32,046 bases of DNA from positions 1-32,046 of the IMG/VR virus record IMGVR_UViG_3300032227_001762; one strand, given 5' to 3'. A model generated the notes under the pieces. That model worked only from the letters and a program-made list of their open reading frames with translations. It did not search any database and was not told where the DNA came from. This document shows positions 7,992-19,100 of this stretch, piece by piece (positions within the stretch are counted from its first letter, which is position 1; every line of letters begins with the position of its first letter). This DNA is from a virus. Its lineage: Duplodnaviria > Caudoviricetes. A program made the position numbers and the translations under genes.

Positions 7992-10394
7992 TCAAAAATC
8001 AAATTTTATCAAAAATTGTTGTAGTCCGGTTCTTAATACAGGGGATTGCATTTTTGATGTTATCATAAGATTTTTATCCGAATCATACAAACCGATATCA
8101 GTTATATATGAAGACGTACCAGGTGTCCACGTAGGATTACTTGTGTTTTGGAAATCAGCCGCTCCTAAGTTTACCTTATACCTCATTTCATAAATAGTCG
8201 CTTGAATGTCGCTTTCTAAGGAACCATAAAAATAGTATTCGTCTCCAAAATTCAAAGTTAAACCCGTCTGACCCAACTCTGTTAAAGGTATTTGGTTATT
8301 CAAATTATAAAAAGGTGCCGCGTCATATTCATCTTGATTTACGGTAAAAGTTACACTTGTCATACCAACCGAATTAATAAAACCATTCACCTTATATGGG
8401 TCCAATAATGAAGTTTTATCAATTATTTTCCACTCTGAAGAATTAGGTCTCGTATCACCTGAAACTTTTTGTACTAAAATATATAGATACTCGGCAAGAT
8501 AACCATTAATATCCGCAGGAGTGACATCAGGAACATTTAAACAACTAAACTCGTTTCCAAATCTAATCGCAATATTTTGAGAACCTGAAGTAGAACAATC
8601 TAAGTTAGGTCCTTGTACTTTTGTATAATAATTACAGTGTAAATAATTTGTAAAAGTTGTTGATGAACTAAACACATATGTCACATAAACATATTCAGTA
8701 TTTGCCGTTAACAATCCAACTTCGGATTCTCCCTCAGAGTTACAAGTATTAGGTGTAACAAGAGTCACTCTCGGAGCTGGTAAAGTCCAATTTCGATTAG
8801 ATTTATATGACATAGCGGCAATTATTTCCTCATCGTCAATTACAATAATTTTATCGTCAGGGAATACTTTACCAATTCTACTTGGGTACCCATCCAAATT
8901 TGGATTTTCATCCCATAGATGGAAGTATCTTAACCCAGGTGAATTCATGTCATTGTTTTTACTTGATTGTAGATATTGAACTTGGAAAAGTTTATATTCT
9001 TCAAAATTAGGTGGGTCTACCCAAAATGTTTGTCCACTACAACAAATAGGTGATTTGTGCCACATCAACCAAGGAATATGAACTTTGAAATTTCTGGCCT
9101 CTCCAGTTGTATCAGCAGGATTCGTGTCATCATGTGGTAACATTGCAAATTTTTCTCCATAGAAGAAATCTATAGCAAAATTAGTATAGTGAATAATTGC
9201 TATAGCTTTTTGGTCCTTAGGTTTAACTTCAATAATATCACCAAATGAATTGTTGAAATAAGTATAACTTGAGTCAGTTTGACCTGAGTCTGAAGCATAT
9301 CCATAATACTCTTTTGACCCTAAATACTGTTTTGAACCAAATCCTGTGTAATCAACATATGTACTTGAAATTAGTCCCGCGGGATTTTCTGACCAAGGAA
9401 TATTCATATTCCATACTCTAACATCTTTTTGGTCAACGTCACAAACCGATTCAAAATTAATAACATCGTCGTTCCAATGAGGTCTTGGTGTTGTACTATC
9501 ATACAACTGAGTCATACCTGATGGATATATCATAATTCTTCCGAAACAACCATTTAAGAAATAATCAAAGTTTGGTAAAGGTCTATCAAGTTCCATAGTA
9601 TTATTACAGAATGAAACTATTCTGTAAGTTAAAATAGGGTAACAGTTAGTTATTGACATCACACACTGTGTTGGTTGTGGTGGTGTACAAACTACTCTAG
9701 GTGGTGTTGGTAAACATGGGGTACCTGTAGGTGTTGGGGTTGGTTTTGGAGTTTCACATGGGTCACATGTGTAACAAGGTTCTATTGGAGTTGCTGACGG
9801 TGTTGGTGTTGGCGTTGGTACGATTTCACAACTACAATTACCTGCTCCAACTCCATTAAAATATATTGTAACAATATCACCAGGAAGAGGTAATCTACAA
9901 ATACTTTCATTACATGAGTCATATATAACTCCTATGGTTGTTCCCGTACCACCAGTTAAAGTGGTCATATCAACCATATAGTTTGTATTAATTGCAATGT
10001 CAGAACTTGTTAAAGCACTCCAAACTAAAGGGTCTTGAGTTAAATCTGCGTAAAAAAATCCTCTTAAAGCCGCGGTATTAAAAACATCACTTATTTTAGA
10101 ATCCATAAAAGGAATTCCATAAGTATTACCTTGTGAACCACTCACATAATATGGATACTTAACATATTGTTTATTTGATTCAGGAGCCCCCGCTGAATTT
10201 TGCGAATTAAAACCAGGTTCCAAAATCATAGTATCAAATTGGTTATAACTACTTGATAAAGTGTTGTACGTAACTTCACTATCACCTATCTGAAAGTATG
10301 AAATATTAAAATTACCTTGAGATAATTTTTTTCTCCCTGTGTCGGTTAATCTTGAATTAATTAGACCTGATGTATTTTTAATAATGTATCCCAT
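7992..10394 (-). CDS. 800-aa putative tail/baseplate structural protein with tail-collar (DUF3751-like) motifs at both ends and an internal Cys/PT segment
   Basis: N-terminal LTDTGRKKLSQGNFNISYFQIGDSE and C-terminal YITDIGLYDSDKNLMITSKMQSP resemble the two halves of the P2 gpH N-terminal/tail-collar domain. Located in the baseplate operon. Confidence 0.55.
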   Translation of the reverse strand: MGYIIKNTSGLINSRLTDTGRKKLSQGNFNISYFQIGDSEVTYNTLSSSYNQFDTMILEPGFNSQNSAGAPESNKQYVKYPYYVSGSQGNTYGIPFMDSKISDVFNTAALRGFFYADLTQDPLVWSALTSSDIAINTNYMVDMTTLTGGTGTTIGVIYDSCNESICRLPLPGDIVTIYFNGVGAGNCSCEIVPTPTPTPSATPIEPCYTCDPCETPKPTPTPTGTPCLPTPPRVVCTPPQPTQCVMSITNCYPILTYRIVSFCNNTMELDRPLPNFDYFLNGCFGRIMIYPSGMTQLYDSTTPRPHWNDDVINFESVCDVDQKDVRVWNMNIPWSENPAGLISSTYVDYTGFGSKQYLGSKEYYGYASDSGQTDSSYTYFNNSFGDIIEVKPKDQKAIAIIHYTNFAIDFFYGEKFAMLPHDDTNPADTTGEARNFKVHIPWLMWHKSPICCSGQTFWVDPPNFEEYKLFQVQYLQSSKNNDMNSPGLRYFHLWDENPNLDGYPSRIGKVFPDDKIIVIDDEEIIAAMSYKSNRNWTLPAPRVTLVTPNTCNSEGESEVGLLTANTEYVYVTYVFSSSTTFTNYLHCNYYTKVQGPNLDCSTSGSQNIAIRFGNEFSCLNVPDVTPADINGYLAEYLYILVQKVSGDTRPNSSEWKIIDKTSLLDPYKVNGFINSVGMTSVTFTVNQDEYDAAPFYNLNNQIPLTELGQTGLTLNFGDEYYFYGSLESDIQATIYEMRYKVNLGAADFQNTSNPTWTPGTSSYITDIGLYDSDKNLMITSKMQSPVLRTGLQQFLIKFDF

Positions 10395-10398
10395 TTGT

Positions 10399-10412
10399 TA
10401 TAAATATTTATA
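10399..10412 (-). promoter_or_regulatory. TATTTATA motif within the perfect palindrome TATAAATATTTATA
   Basis: The octamer (10399-10406) lies 4 nt upstream of the ATG at 10394. The 14-mer is self-complementary. Confidence 0.55.
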
Positions 10413-10462
10413 TTACAATTTTTAAGTAAATTCGGTCTATTTTTGTATTTTAATAATTTTTA

Positions 10463-13309
10463 TTATATGCATGAACCTTTAAATGTTACTTGTCCATTTG
10501 TACCAGTTATCTGATAATAATTTGTGTTATTACCGTAATAACCTGCCGGTGCGAAAGATGATAACGGATAAACTGAATTGGTGTACAAAATCGTTCCAAT
10601 ATTAATGGTCGAATCGTATGAATAATAAGTAGACGTAGGTGCTGACCCAAAACAAATAATAGTAAAACTAGCCGGGTCATACCCTAAATTAAATGAATTA
10701 ATTGAAAGTGTTGGAGTGACAACCGGTGTTGATGTTGGGGTCGTTGATGTTGGGGGTGTTGGTTGAGTTGAATTTTGATTTACGACCTCGCAATTATCAC
10801 AACCGTTTATCCTTAATTGAGACAAAGAATAGGATTCAATATTTTCAGTCAAAATACATGATACTTTTTGTGGTGTGTAATTGGTAATTGTCGTGATTAT
10901 TCTCATATCGTCACCATTTACAATAGTGAGATTGTTCCAAGTTTCGGTAGTTGCGGTCACATATATTGTATTATTTTGACATCCCAAGTTATTGTTTCCT
11001 GTTGTTGAAGTTGAATCATCTGTATTATCAATAGGTATCTCAATGTTGTTTTTAAATAAAATTGACCCTTTTGTTAAGATAGACGAACTTTCCATCGGTG
11101 AAACTCTATATAGGTCACTGTGTAATATATCAAAACTAATACTAACTCCTTCAGGTAAGGATGGTGTTACATTCACATAAGTAGTATATTCTACGGTATT
11201 TGTAGTTACGGTGTTAACTGTTTTTTTATAGGTTGTTTTTAAATTTACTTGATATACAACTTTTCTTGGTGGTGGATTTAATATTATACTTTGTCTTTTT
11301 ATTAATCCAAAATTATCTTTCACCGTAACTACATAAGTTCCGGATTTTAAGTTAGGGAATATTGGAAATTTTTGATAGGTGGTTCCTCCATCTATGGAAT
11401 ATTCATATGGTAAATTTCCACCACTAACCTCAACTACAATTCCTCCATCACTTTCCGATATCGGGTTATTTGTTGTTATACTAAGTCTTAAACTTCCTTC
11501 TGAACCGCAAATTCCTTCAGATACATTAAGTCCATAAAAATTAAAAGTATAAAAACCTCCAAAAGGTCCGATATAAACACTATTATTTATTTTACCTTCC
11601 AAAGAAATTCCAGGAACCGAAGTCAGTCCACTTGATGACCAAACTTGATTATCCGAATCATAGAAAATGAACCAATTATCACCAATGGTATTACATGGTA
11701 AAATACCATACCAAGTTTGTTGTCCATTAATTAAATCACCAGAGTATAGTTCAATACTTTCAGAACCACATTCCGCGCCAAAATTAGCACAAATTGTGTC
11801 AGAAAAACAAAAACCTTCATTCACTTCTACAGTCCCGATAGCACCTTGTAAGGTCCATCCATTAATTGGTGGTACTTGAGTATTAAAGTTTACAACTGTA
11901 AATGAATTTTCCTCAGCAATACCATTTAGTGTCCAATATTGAGGTCTTTCGTCGTTAAAAACAACCTCATAATTCCCTAATGTGTCTGACCAACTTGGTT
12001 TACCATTCAAATTTACTGACTGTTGTAACTGAATTTTATACGGTGACCTTGAGAATGAATCAACATTTATAACCATACACAAATCACCATATGATTGGCA
12101 GTCCCCTAAAGTACCTGATGCTTCACCAAAAGTAGAATTAGTCCATCTCCATCCATTTATAGGTGGATACTGAGTCTCGTAATTCACCATATATCCTTGT
12201 GATATTCCCCCATTGATTACCCACTTAGCGGGCTCTGGAGTTTGTTGCCATGAAATGTAGTAAACATCATCTTGAGTTTTGTAAGTAGGAAAACTATATT
12301 CATCCAACCCATTAAATTCAAAAGTTTTTTGAACTACGTCATAATCTACATTAATTATTAAACAAAAATTATCCTGTGTTTGTTCCAAAGGGTCTAAAGG
12401 TTGATTTACCTCACAACCACTCACAATTGTAAAATCACCATAATAATCAACAATAGTGTAGTTATAAGTTCCTGAAACCAAATTAGTTAACGTGTTTGTA
12501 GTATTTCCATTGTCCCAACTTACGGTATATGGAGGAGTACCTCCAGTAATAATAAGTTCAATAAATCCATTGTTACCACCTATTGAGGTTACATCACTAA
12601 CAACACATGTCGCTCCCAAAGGTAAAAGTGTTATTGGTTCACACTCGTTTGAAAGTCTATATGAAACACCACACCCTGTATCTGCGGTGAGTATTGGAAT
12701 AGGTTCCGGAGTTGCATAAATAGGTTGATTATTACATGAAAAAGTATTTCCAGTACAGTTTACACAATTTTCATATTGGGTATATAAATCAACTAAAGAA
12801 TATATAACAGAACCATCGGGTAATCCGCCTTCAATCATTGTTGCACAACCACTGAATTGCGGTGTTTCTAGGAAAAAGGTTGAGCCAAAGTATCCGTATC
12901 CTTCGAAATCCTGAATTCCGAAATAATTCTCAGATGTAATTTCACTAGAACAACAAAATTGAAAATTTGAGGTGGGGCAGTTACTTGTCCAAGTAGTATA
13001 GAAATTATTAGAATTTGATAAACATCCGTAAGTCAACAAAGAATTATTATCCCATTCTCCGTCAGTCCCATAAGGCTGTAATCTATCATATTGTAAATAA
13101 CTTATTATAGTTTCATTGTCAGTATCTTCAACATACCATCTTGAAAGTGTTGGTTCCCAATAAATTCTTCCATTAATTATGTCATTATTTATACTAGTAA
13201 ATGAAAATACATACTGTGGTCTACCATTTACAACTCCATCTTGTAAAGCCGAAACACTACCACTACCGATACATTCTGAAAATACTCTTAGTGTACAATT
13301 ACTAGCCAT
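10463..13309 (-). CDS. 948-aa SprB-repeat-containing putative virion fibre/adhesin
   Basis: Two SprB-like repeats (GFIELIITGGTPPYTVSW...LVSGTY and GIVVEVSGGNLPYEYS...LKSGTYVVTVKD), a Cys module, internal Trp-containing repeats and a short PT linker near the C-terminus. Confidence 0.65.
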   Translation of the reverse strand: MASNCTLRVFSECIGSGSVSALQDGVVNGRPQYVFSFTSINNDIINGRIYWEPTLSRWYVEDTDNETIISYLQYDRLQPYGTDGEWDNNSLLTYGCLSNSNNFYTTWTSNCPTSNFQFCCSSEITSENYFGIQDFEGYGYFGSTFFLETPQFSGCATMIEGGLPDGSVIYSLVDLYTQYENCVNCTGNTFSCNNQPIYATPEPIPILTADTGCGVSYRLSNECEPITLLPLGATCVVSDVTSIGGNNGFIELIITGGTPPYTVSWDNGNTTNTLTNLVSGTYNYTIVDYYGDFTIVSGCEVNQPLDPLEQTQDNFCLIINVDYDVVQKTFEFNGLDEYSFPTYKTQDDVYYISWQQTPEPAKWVINGGISQGYMVNYETQYPPINGWRWTNSTFGEASGTLGDCQSYGDLCMVINVDSFSRSPYKIQLQQSVNLNGKPSWSDTLGNYEVVFNDERPQYWTLNGIAEENSFTVVNFNTQVPPINGWTLQGAIGTVEVNEGFCFSDTICANFGAECGSESIELYSGDLINGQQTWYGILPCNTIGDNWFIFYDSDNQVWSSSGLTSVPGISLEGKINNSVYIGPFGGFYTFNFYGLNVSEGICGSEGSLRLSITTNNPISESDGGIVVEVSGGNLPYEYSIDGGTTYQKFPIFPNLKSGTYVVTVKDNFGLIKRQSIILNPPPRKVVYQVNLKTTYKKTVNTVTTNTVEYTTYVNVTPSLPEGVSISFDILHSDLYRVSPMESSSILTKGSILFKNNIEIPIDNTDDSTSTTGNNNLGCQNNTIYVTATTETWNNLTIVNGDDMRIITTITNYTPQKVSCILTENIESYSLSQLRINGCDNCEVVNQNSTQPTPPTSTTPTSTPVVTPTLSINSFNLGYDPASFTIICFGSAPTSTYYSYDSTINIGTILYTNSVYPLSSFAPAGYYGNNTNYYQITGTNGQVTFKGSCI

Positions 13310-13311
13310 TT

Positions 13312-16167
13312 TTATGTGAAATTAGTCGTAACATATGTGTTTATTTGTGACATAATAAATATACTAGTTGTTACAGGTGGGTCTATAGTAAATTCAGGTG
13401 TTAAAGTATATGGTGAAGAAGTTAAAATAGAATAAACTTGGTAATTACCTAAATCAACTAAATAAAATACCGAATTATATTCATACATGGTGTACCCAAT
13501 AGTTGCCGGTAATGAAATTTCAACTTGTAATGGTCCTGTTTTATCATACTGTCTTAAATATAAAAATCCGTCAATATCATTAGTTATTACAATAATATTA
13601 TTTAATGAATTAATTAACATTGAGTAATTCACAACAGTAAATGGTATAACACTTAAGAATATTCCATTTGTTATATTACCATTTGTTATATCTATACTCG
13701 CTAAATATGACGAATTATCATTGGCCGAATATAAAGTAGTTGAATCAATCGATATTAAATCTCGACTAACTGTTGAACTTAATGTTATACTTCTATTGTA
13801 CTCAATATCATATGGTACTAAGGAGTTTACATCATATTCAAAAATAGTTTGTCCATCAATATTTAAAACCCACAATTTTGTCTCCGAGCTATTTATCGCA
13901 ATACCTAAAGCGTTAGTATATTCATCACTTTGTGGTAATGATACAAATGTTCCATTTTCAGGGTCAAACCCATATATAGAACTGTCAGTAACAACTAATG
14001 GATAACTTGCAGGAATTGAGGTTCCACCACAACTTTGACAAGTAATATCATAATTTATATTTACCGATACTGTTATATCAAAATCTTGTAAAGAAATAGT
14101 TTGATTTTGGCAACCCGTGTTTATTGTTACTTGATTGGTATTTGAGTTAAAAATAACATTATCGATTCCAGGTATTGATGAAAGTATTTGTTCGACAACG
14201 TTATAAAAATCATTATCTGATGGAAAATCATTCAAAGATTCAGTCGTATAAAAAGATGTTGATGTTGTAACACCACTTAAATTTACAATTGCGGTAAATA
14301 TTGCCTGATTTAGTACACAATTATTATCACCAATAGTCAAATCATAAAATCCTTCAGATAACATCTGTTGTAATCCCTTCTTTGTAACCTCACCACTGTC
14401 AACAATATTACTATTACATATATTATAAGTTTGGTATGAGGATATCAAATTTTGACCATCAACATTAGCTGTTCGATATTGAGTACATCCGTTAGCATCA
14501 GAAACTGTAACTGAATAAGTTCCGGCCGATAAATTACTTATAGTAGTCCCTGTTTGTTCCAAGACATTATCACCCCATGTTACAATAAATGGTGGTGTAC
14601 CGTCAGTTATATATAAATCAATTTTACCATCGTTACCACTTCTTGTTTTTTGAGTAAATAAATTAAAATTAAGCTTGGTAGTTGAATTTACCGACAAGTT
14701 TTGATTTTCGGTACATCCTGAACTATCTGTAACACTTAATAAATAAGTACCTTCTTTGAGATTGTTAAAGGTGTTAGTTTTTGAATTTTTGGTAACTTTA
14801 GGTTGTCCTGATAACATGTAAGTATATGGAGGTAATCCGTCTCCTAATATTTCGACCGTTACACTACCAAATTCATTATCACACGTAGTGTCAGTTACCT
14901 CATAATTAATACTAAATGAGGTGGTTGATTCTATTTCTATAACCTCACTATAAGTACAAGGTCCTAAATCAGAAATATTCAAAGTATATACCCCTGAATA
15001 CAGGTTAGAAAAAACTTGTGATGGACTTGAACTTGTAAATGTAACTTGTTTGTTATTTTCATCGGTAAGAACATAAGTATAGTTCGGACTACCACCTACT
15101 AATTGGATTTGTATTAAACCTTGATTTGTACCACATATGGTATTTCTTTTGTTGATAGAAACAACACTAAATCCTTTAGGAGCTAAGACTGAAAATTTTT
15201 GTCTTATTACACATGAACCGGCATCTGTGACTGTCATTGTATAGTATCCAGAAGCGACATCAGGAATTACAATATTTTGTAAAAATGAAACACTTGCCTC
15301 TCCATTTGATAACTCGTAATTATATGGTGCAGTACCTCCACTAATTATAAAATTAATAGTTCCATCATCCGCATAACAAGATGGAGGGGTAATGACCGCA
15401 TTGACGTAACCTAATTTTGGTACAGAGTTTACTGTTGCTTGTTTAGTAACAACCACACCATCTTTATCAGTAACCGTTACTCTATAATTACCTGAAGTTA
15501 AACCTGATATAGATGAGGTTGTAGCACCATTTCCCCACAAATAAGTATAAGGGTCACTACCTGTCAATCCTGTAACAAATACTTTACCAGTGTTTCTTCC
15601 ACATCCTGAGTCATCAACAATATAGAATCCAAAATTGAATGTTGAAGAACTTTTTATAATAACACTTTCGGACCTTCCAGTACATCCTCCTCCGTCATTA
15701 CCAATAACGTAATAAGTTCCTCCAGATAAGTTTTGAAAAATAAAACTGTTAACAACAGAACTTCCAGATTGGATGTACCCATTAGTTTCTTCATATAAAT
15801 AAAAAAGAGGAGTACCAAAAATAGTCGATGTTTGAGCAGTTATTGCTCCGTTTCTTAACGAATTAGTAGTGTTCTGTATGCCAGTACAAGTCACAGATGT
15901 TCCACTTGATATGAATAAACTAACCAAGCTTGGGTCTGAAATCACACATGAATCATAAATTTCAAAAACGTAAGTACCTGAAGATAAAGAATTCGTAGTG
16001 TACTCGGTCACACCATTACCCAAATAGACAACATCAGTTGTTGGGCTAATATATTGTATAACGTAATCAGGCGCATTACCTGTTATAGATAAAGTAAAAC
16101 CACCTGAACCACTGTTGTTACAGTCTCCAGAAATTTGTAAACTATATTGTAAACCACATACAGACAT
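13312..16167 (-). CDS. 951-aa protein with seven SprB-like repeats and a C-terminal beta-propeller-like domain
   Basis: Seven units of G-x-I...GG..PY.Y...L.[S/A]GTY.V.V.D..GC, for example GKIDLYITDGTPPFIVTW...NLSAGTYSVTVSDANGC. Confidence 0.75.
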   Translation of the reverse strand: MSVCGLQYSLQISGDCNNSGSGGFTLSITGNAPDYVIQYISPTTDVVYLGNGVTEYTTNSLSSGTYVFEIYDSCVISDPSLVSLFISSGTSVTCTGIQNTTNSLRNGAITAQTSTIFGTPLFYLYEETNGYIQSGSSVVNSFIFQNLSGGTYYVIGNDGGGCTGRSESVIIKSSSTFNFGFYIVDDSGCGRNTGKVFVTGLTGSDPYTYLWGNGATTSSISGLTSGNYRVTVTDKDGVVVTKQATVNSVPKLGYVNAVITPPSCYADDGTINFIISGGTAPYNYELSNGEASVSFLQNIVIPDVASGYYTMTVTDAGSCVIRQKFSVLAPKGFSVVSINKRNTICGTNQGLIQIQLVGGSPNYTYVLTDENNKQVTFTSSSPSQVFSNLYSGVYTLNISDLGPCTYSEVIEIESTTSFSINYEVTDTTCDNEFGSVTVEILGDGLPPYTYMLSGQPKVTKNSKTNTFNNLKEGTYLLSVTDSSGCTENQNLSVNSTTKLNFNLFTQKTRSGNDGKIDLYITDGTPPFIVTWGDNVLEQTGTTISNLSAGTYSVTVSDANGCTQYRTANVDGQNLISSYQTYNICNSNIVDSGEVTKKGLQQMLSEGFYDLTIGDNNCVLNQAIFTAIVNLSGVTTSTSFYTTESLNDFPSDNDFYNVVEQILSSIPGIDNVIFNSNTNQVTINTGCQNQTISLQDFDITVSVNINYDITCQSCGGTSIPASYPLVVTDSSIYGFDPENGTFVSLPQSDEYTNALGIAINSSETKLWVLNIDGQTIFEYDVNSLVPYDIEYNRSITLSSTVSRDLISIDSTTLYSANDNSSYLASIDITNGNITNGIFLSVIPFTVVNYSMLINSLNNIIVITNDIDGFLYLRQYDKTGPLQVEISLPATIGYTMYEYNSVFYLVDLGNYQVYSILTSSPYTLTPEFTIDPPVTTSIFIMSQINTYVTTNFT

Positions 16168-19100
16168 TAACTACAAATAATATTAAAAGAAATACCTACG
16201 TTTATTTTTAAATTTGATTCCGGCCCATTAAAAGAACAGTTGGAATTATACACAACAACATTGTTATCTGTTGTTAAATAATAACTATATCCTAAATTTT
16301 CTAAACTATCTAAACCTTGAATTAAAGCATTTAACCATTGACTTTCACTAGGATAACTCAGTGATGTTCCATACCCAAAACCTGTAAAAAATTCCTGATA
16401 AGATTGGAATTGATTGTCAATCAATATTTCAACGACCCAATTAGTTGTTAACGTATTTAACTGACAGTCAGTCAATTGTAAATTATTATTTGATAGATAA
16501 TTTGTTAAAACGTTACCTAAAACTCCCCCAAAATCAGTAATTTGTCTATCCCAAGGGTAAATCGGACATGTTGTAGAAAAAGACGCACAGTCAAACGGAA
16601 ATATAGACGCGGTAGTCGAACACGGATTACATCTTTGTGGTACTAAGTTACATCCTGCCTGTCTCCTCCATACAAATTTTTGTCTATGGAATATTGAGTT
16701 TTCATATCTAACTCCGGTGTTCCAAATAGTGGTTGCCGGAACCATTTGTTCAACAAGTCTTATCCAATAATCACCAAGTCCATTTACATACTCTATCATA
16801 TTATGATAGTTGAAGTTGTTGTTTGCAACACCAATTCCGTTGTCTATGTCATTATAAACTTGGGAACAAGATTGACCATCAGACCTTGATGTGTCCGTTG
16901 TCTTATTTGAGTTTAGGTATTTCCAAAAAATTGATTGTAATGTTGGGTATCCACTTGTTTTACCGTCGCTTTGAAACTGTCTGTTTCTAACGTTGATTGT
17001 ATTGTGCCAAAAAGTTTGAGCAAACTCAAAGAATGACTTTCTCTTTGGTTGTGGATTTATTTCGGTCCAGTCAACTCCTCCTCTATAAGGATATTCAATA
17101 TTTGGGGTCGGGTTACATCTTGTGGGTCTTTGATAAAACAATCCTTGGTTTGGTATAGGATAGTTGTATTGTCTTGACATATACCACACATCGTATAATA
17201 AAGCCTGTCCTGGATTTAAAAATACATCAATATTTTTTACATTTAAAACTAATCTGTCGTCTTCGGTTACATACCTTGCATTATACGAACCATCTAAATT
17301 CACTCTTTGACCAACTTCACTATCTGTCCAACTCTTATTATTATCTATCACAGGTCTTAACTCATACCCCAAATTCATGAATGGGAAATTTTGAAACCTA
17401 TTTAAATAAATTTGTCCATAAGTAAAAGGTTGAAGTTGAGTTTGATAGTTTGGATTGGTACCCGTAAATACGCTATTTGTCAAATCAACTTGTTCAGGTG
17501 CTCTATGTTGTGGAGTCGATTCAAACCATCCTGAACCTATTTGGAAGTAAAAATTTTCGGTATTCTCAGGGGTACTCGGATATCCTTCATCGTCCATTGG
17601 AAACTCTTCCCTAACAATGTTAACATCTTTTATTTGGAGTGATGTCGTATATCCTGTATAAGTGTCCCCAAATATCGAAAATATGTTTGTCGGGTCTAAA
17701 ACCGCACTTTCTGAAACATAGGTTCCTGCCGATATTTGTAAAAATTGATTGTCAAACTGTGATAAATTTATTTTTTGGTCGGCAACATATATGTATTCAT
17801 TAAACTCAACAAGAGCGTCAGGAGCTCCAATCAACTTCATCAAATTTTCAATAGATTTTCTTGTACCTTTTGATTTAAAAAGATACGCGGAATTTAAAAC
17901 TAAATTTCTGTAGAATTGATAATTTAATTCATCGGGAGTTGATTTAATCGGAACACCTGAGAACTCAGATGGCCCACTATTTTTTTGTCCAAAAACTGAA
18001 GATAAAAAGTCTTCATTACTTATTGGTGAAATATTAATTCTCCACCCTAAAGTTTGAGCCAAATTTTTCAACAACTGTGATGGAATATCGTTCTTAACGG
18101 TATAATTCACAGAATTCATAAACGCCAACGCATTTATAAATTTATTAGTTTCATCAAAACTACGACCGTAAACTTGTAAAACTTTTTCCATTTTTTGTCC
18201 AACAGTGTCAAAATCTTTGAATGCACCTGTTGTTAAAAAACGAGATATTAAATTTGATTTAAATGAGTCAAAATTTTGACTAATTTCATCTAATTGTGTT
18301 AGATAATTATTAAAATTTGCCGTAGAAATATCTAAATTCCAATTACCATTTGTTGGCCATGTGGAACTAACGGTTGTAATATAAAAAGTTCCATCGTCCG
18401 CTTCTTTTGGTGACCTAAATGAACATGTGTATTTTGGAGTTTGATTTCTATTTAATAGAAAGTTTTCAACCTCATCAAAATCTTCGTTATAAACTTTATT
18501 TACCTCATAGTCATTAGGTCTAACAACAATGGTGTCATATACAACGTTCTCACCTGAAAATGGATTACCGTTTACAGTGATAGTCAAATAACCTGTGGTT
18601 AAGGAAGTTGTCGGTGTTATACTAACTAAACTATACCCCTCTTCTCTGTAGTACAATGAATATTTAGCATACTCAACAGTTAAATTTCTTAAAACCGAAA
18701 CCTCAATATCTCTTAACGATAAATTCCTTGTTGAATTAGTAGTAAAATCAATGTCAAACGGATTTCTAAGTTTACTAACATCTAAAGTAAATGAGGTGGT
18801 ATCTTGTATTGGGTTGTACGTTATATTAAATGCGGTAGAACCTGTCTTATAGTTTAACCCTATTTTGTGCGACTCTAAAGCCGCTGGAAAATAACTAATA
18901 ATTTTTGTAATAGATGTCGATATTCTTTTTGTCATCGAACCATACTGAACAAAGTTATTAATTTGGGTTATATCAAAATTAGGATAAACCTTAAAGTTAT
19001 TTTCGAATATCAACTTGGATTGTTCCACGTTTGATATACCCATATTTTCAAGATTTATTGGGTCTGAAAATACTCCTGTGTAAAAAGTTCTATTTGTCTT

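Noticed and set aside
1800-16167. Diversity-generating retroelement or invertible tail-fibre cassette
   Set aside because: I saw no reverse transcriptase, recombinase, near-identical template/variable repeat pair or flanking inverted repeats in the window.
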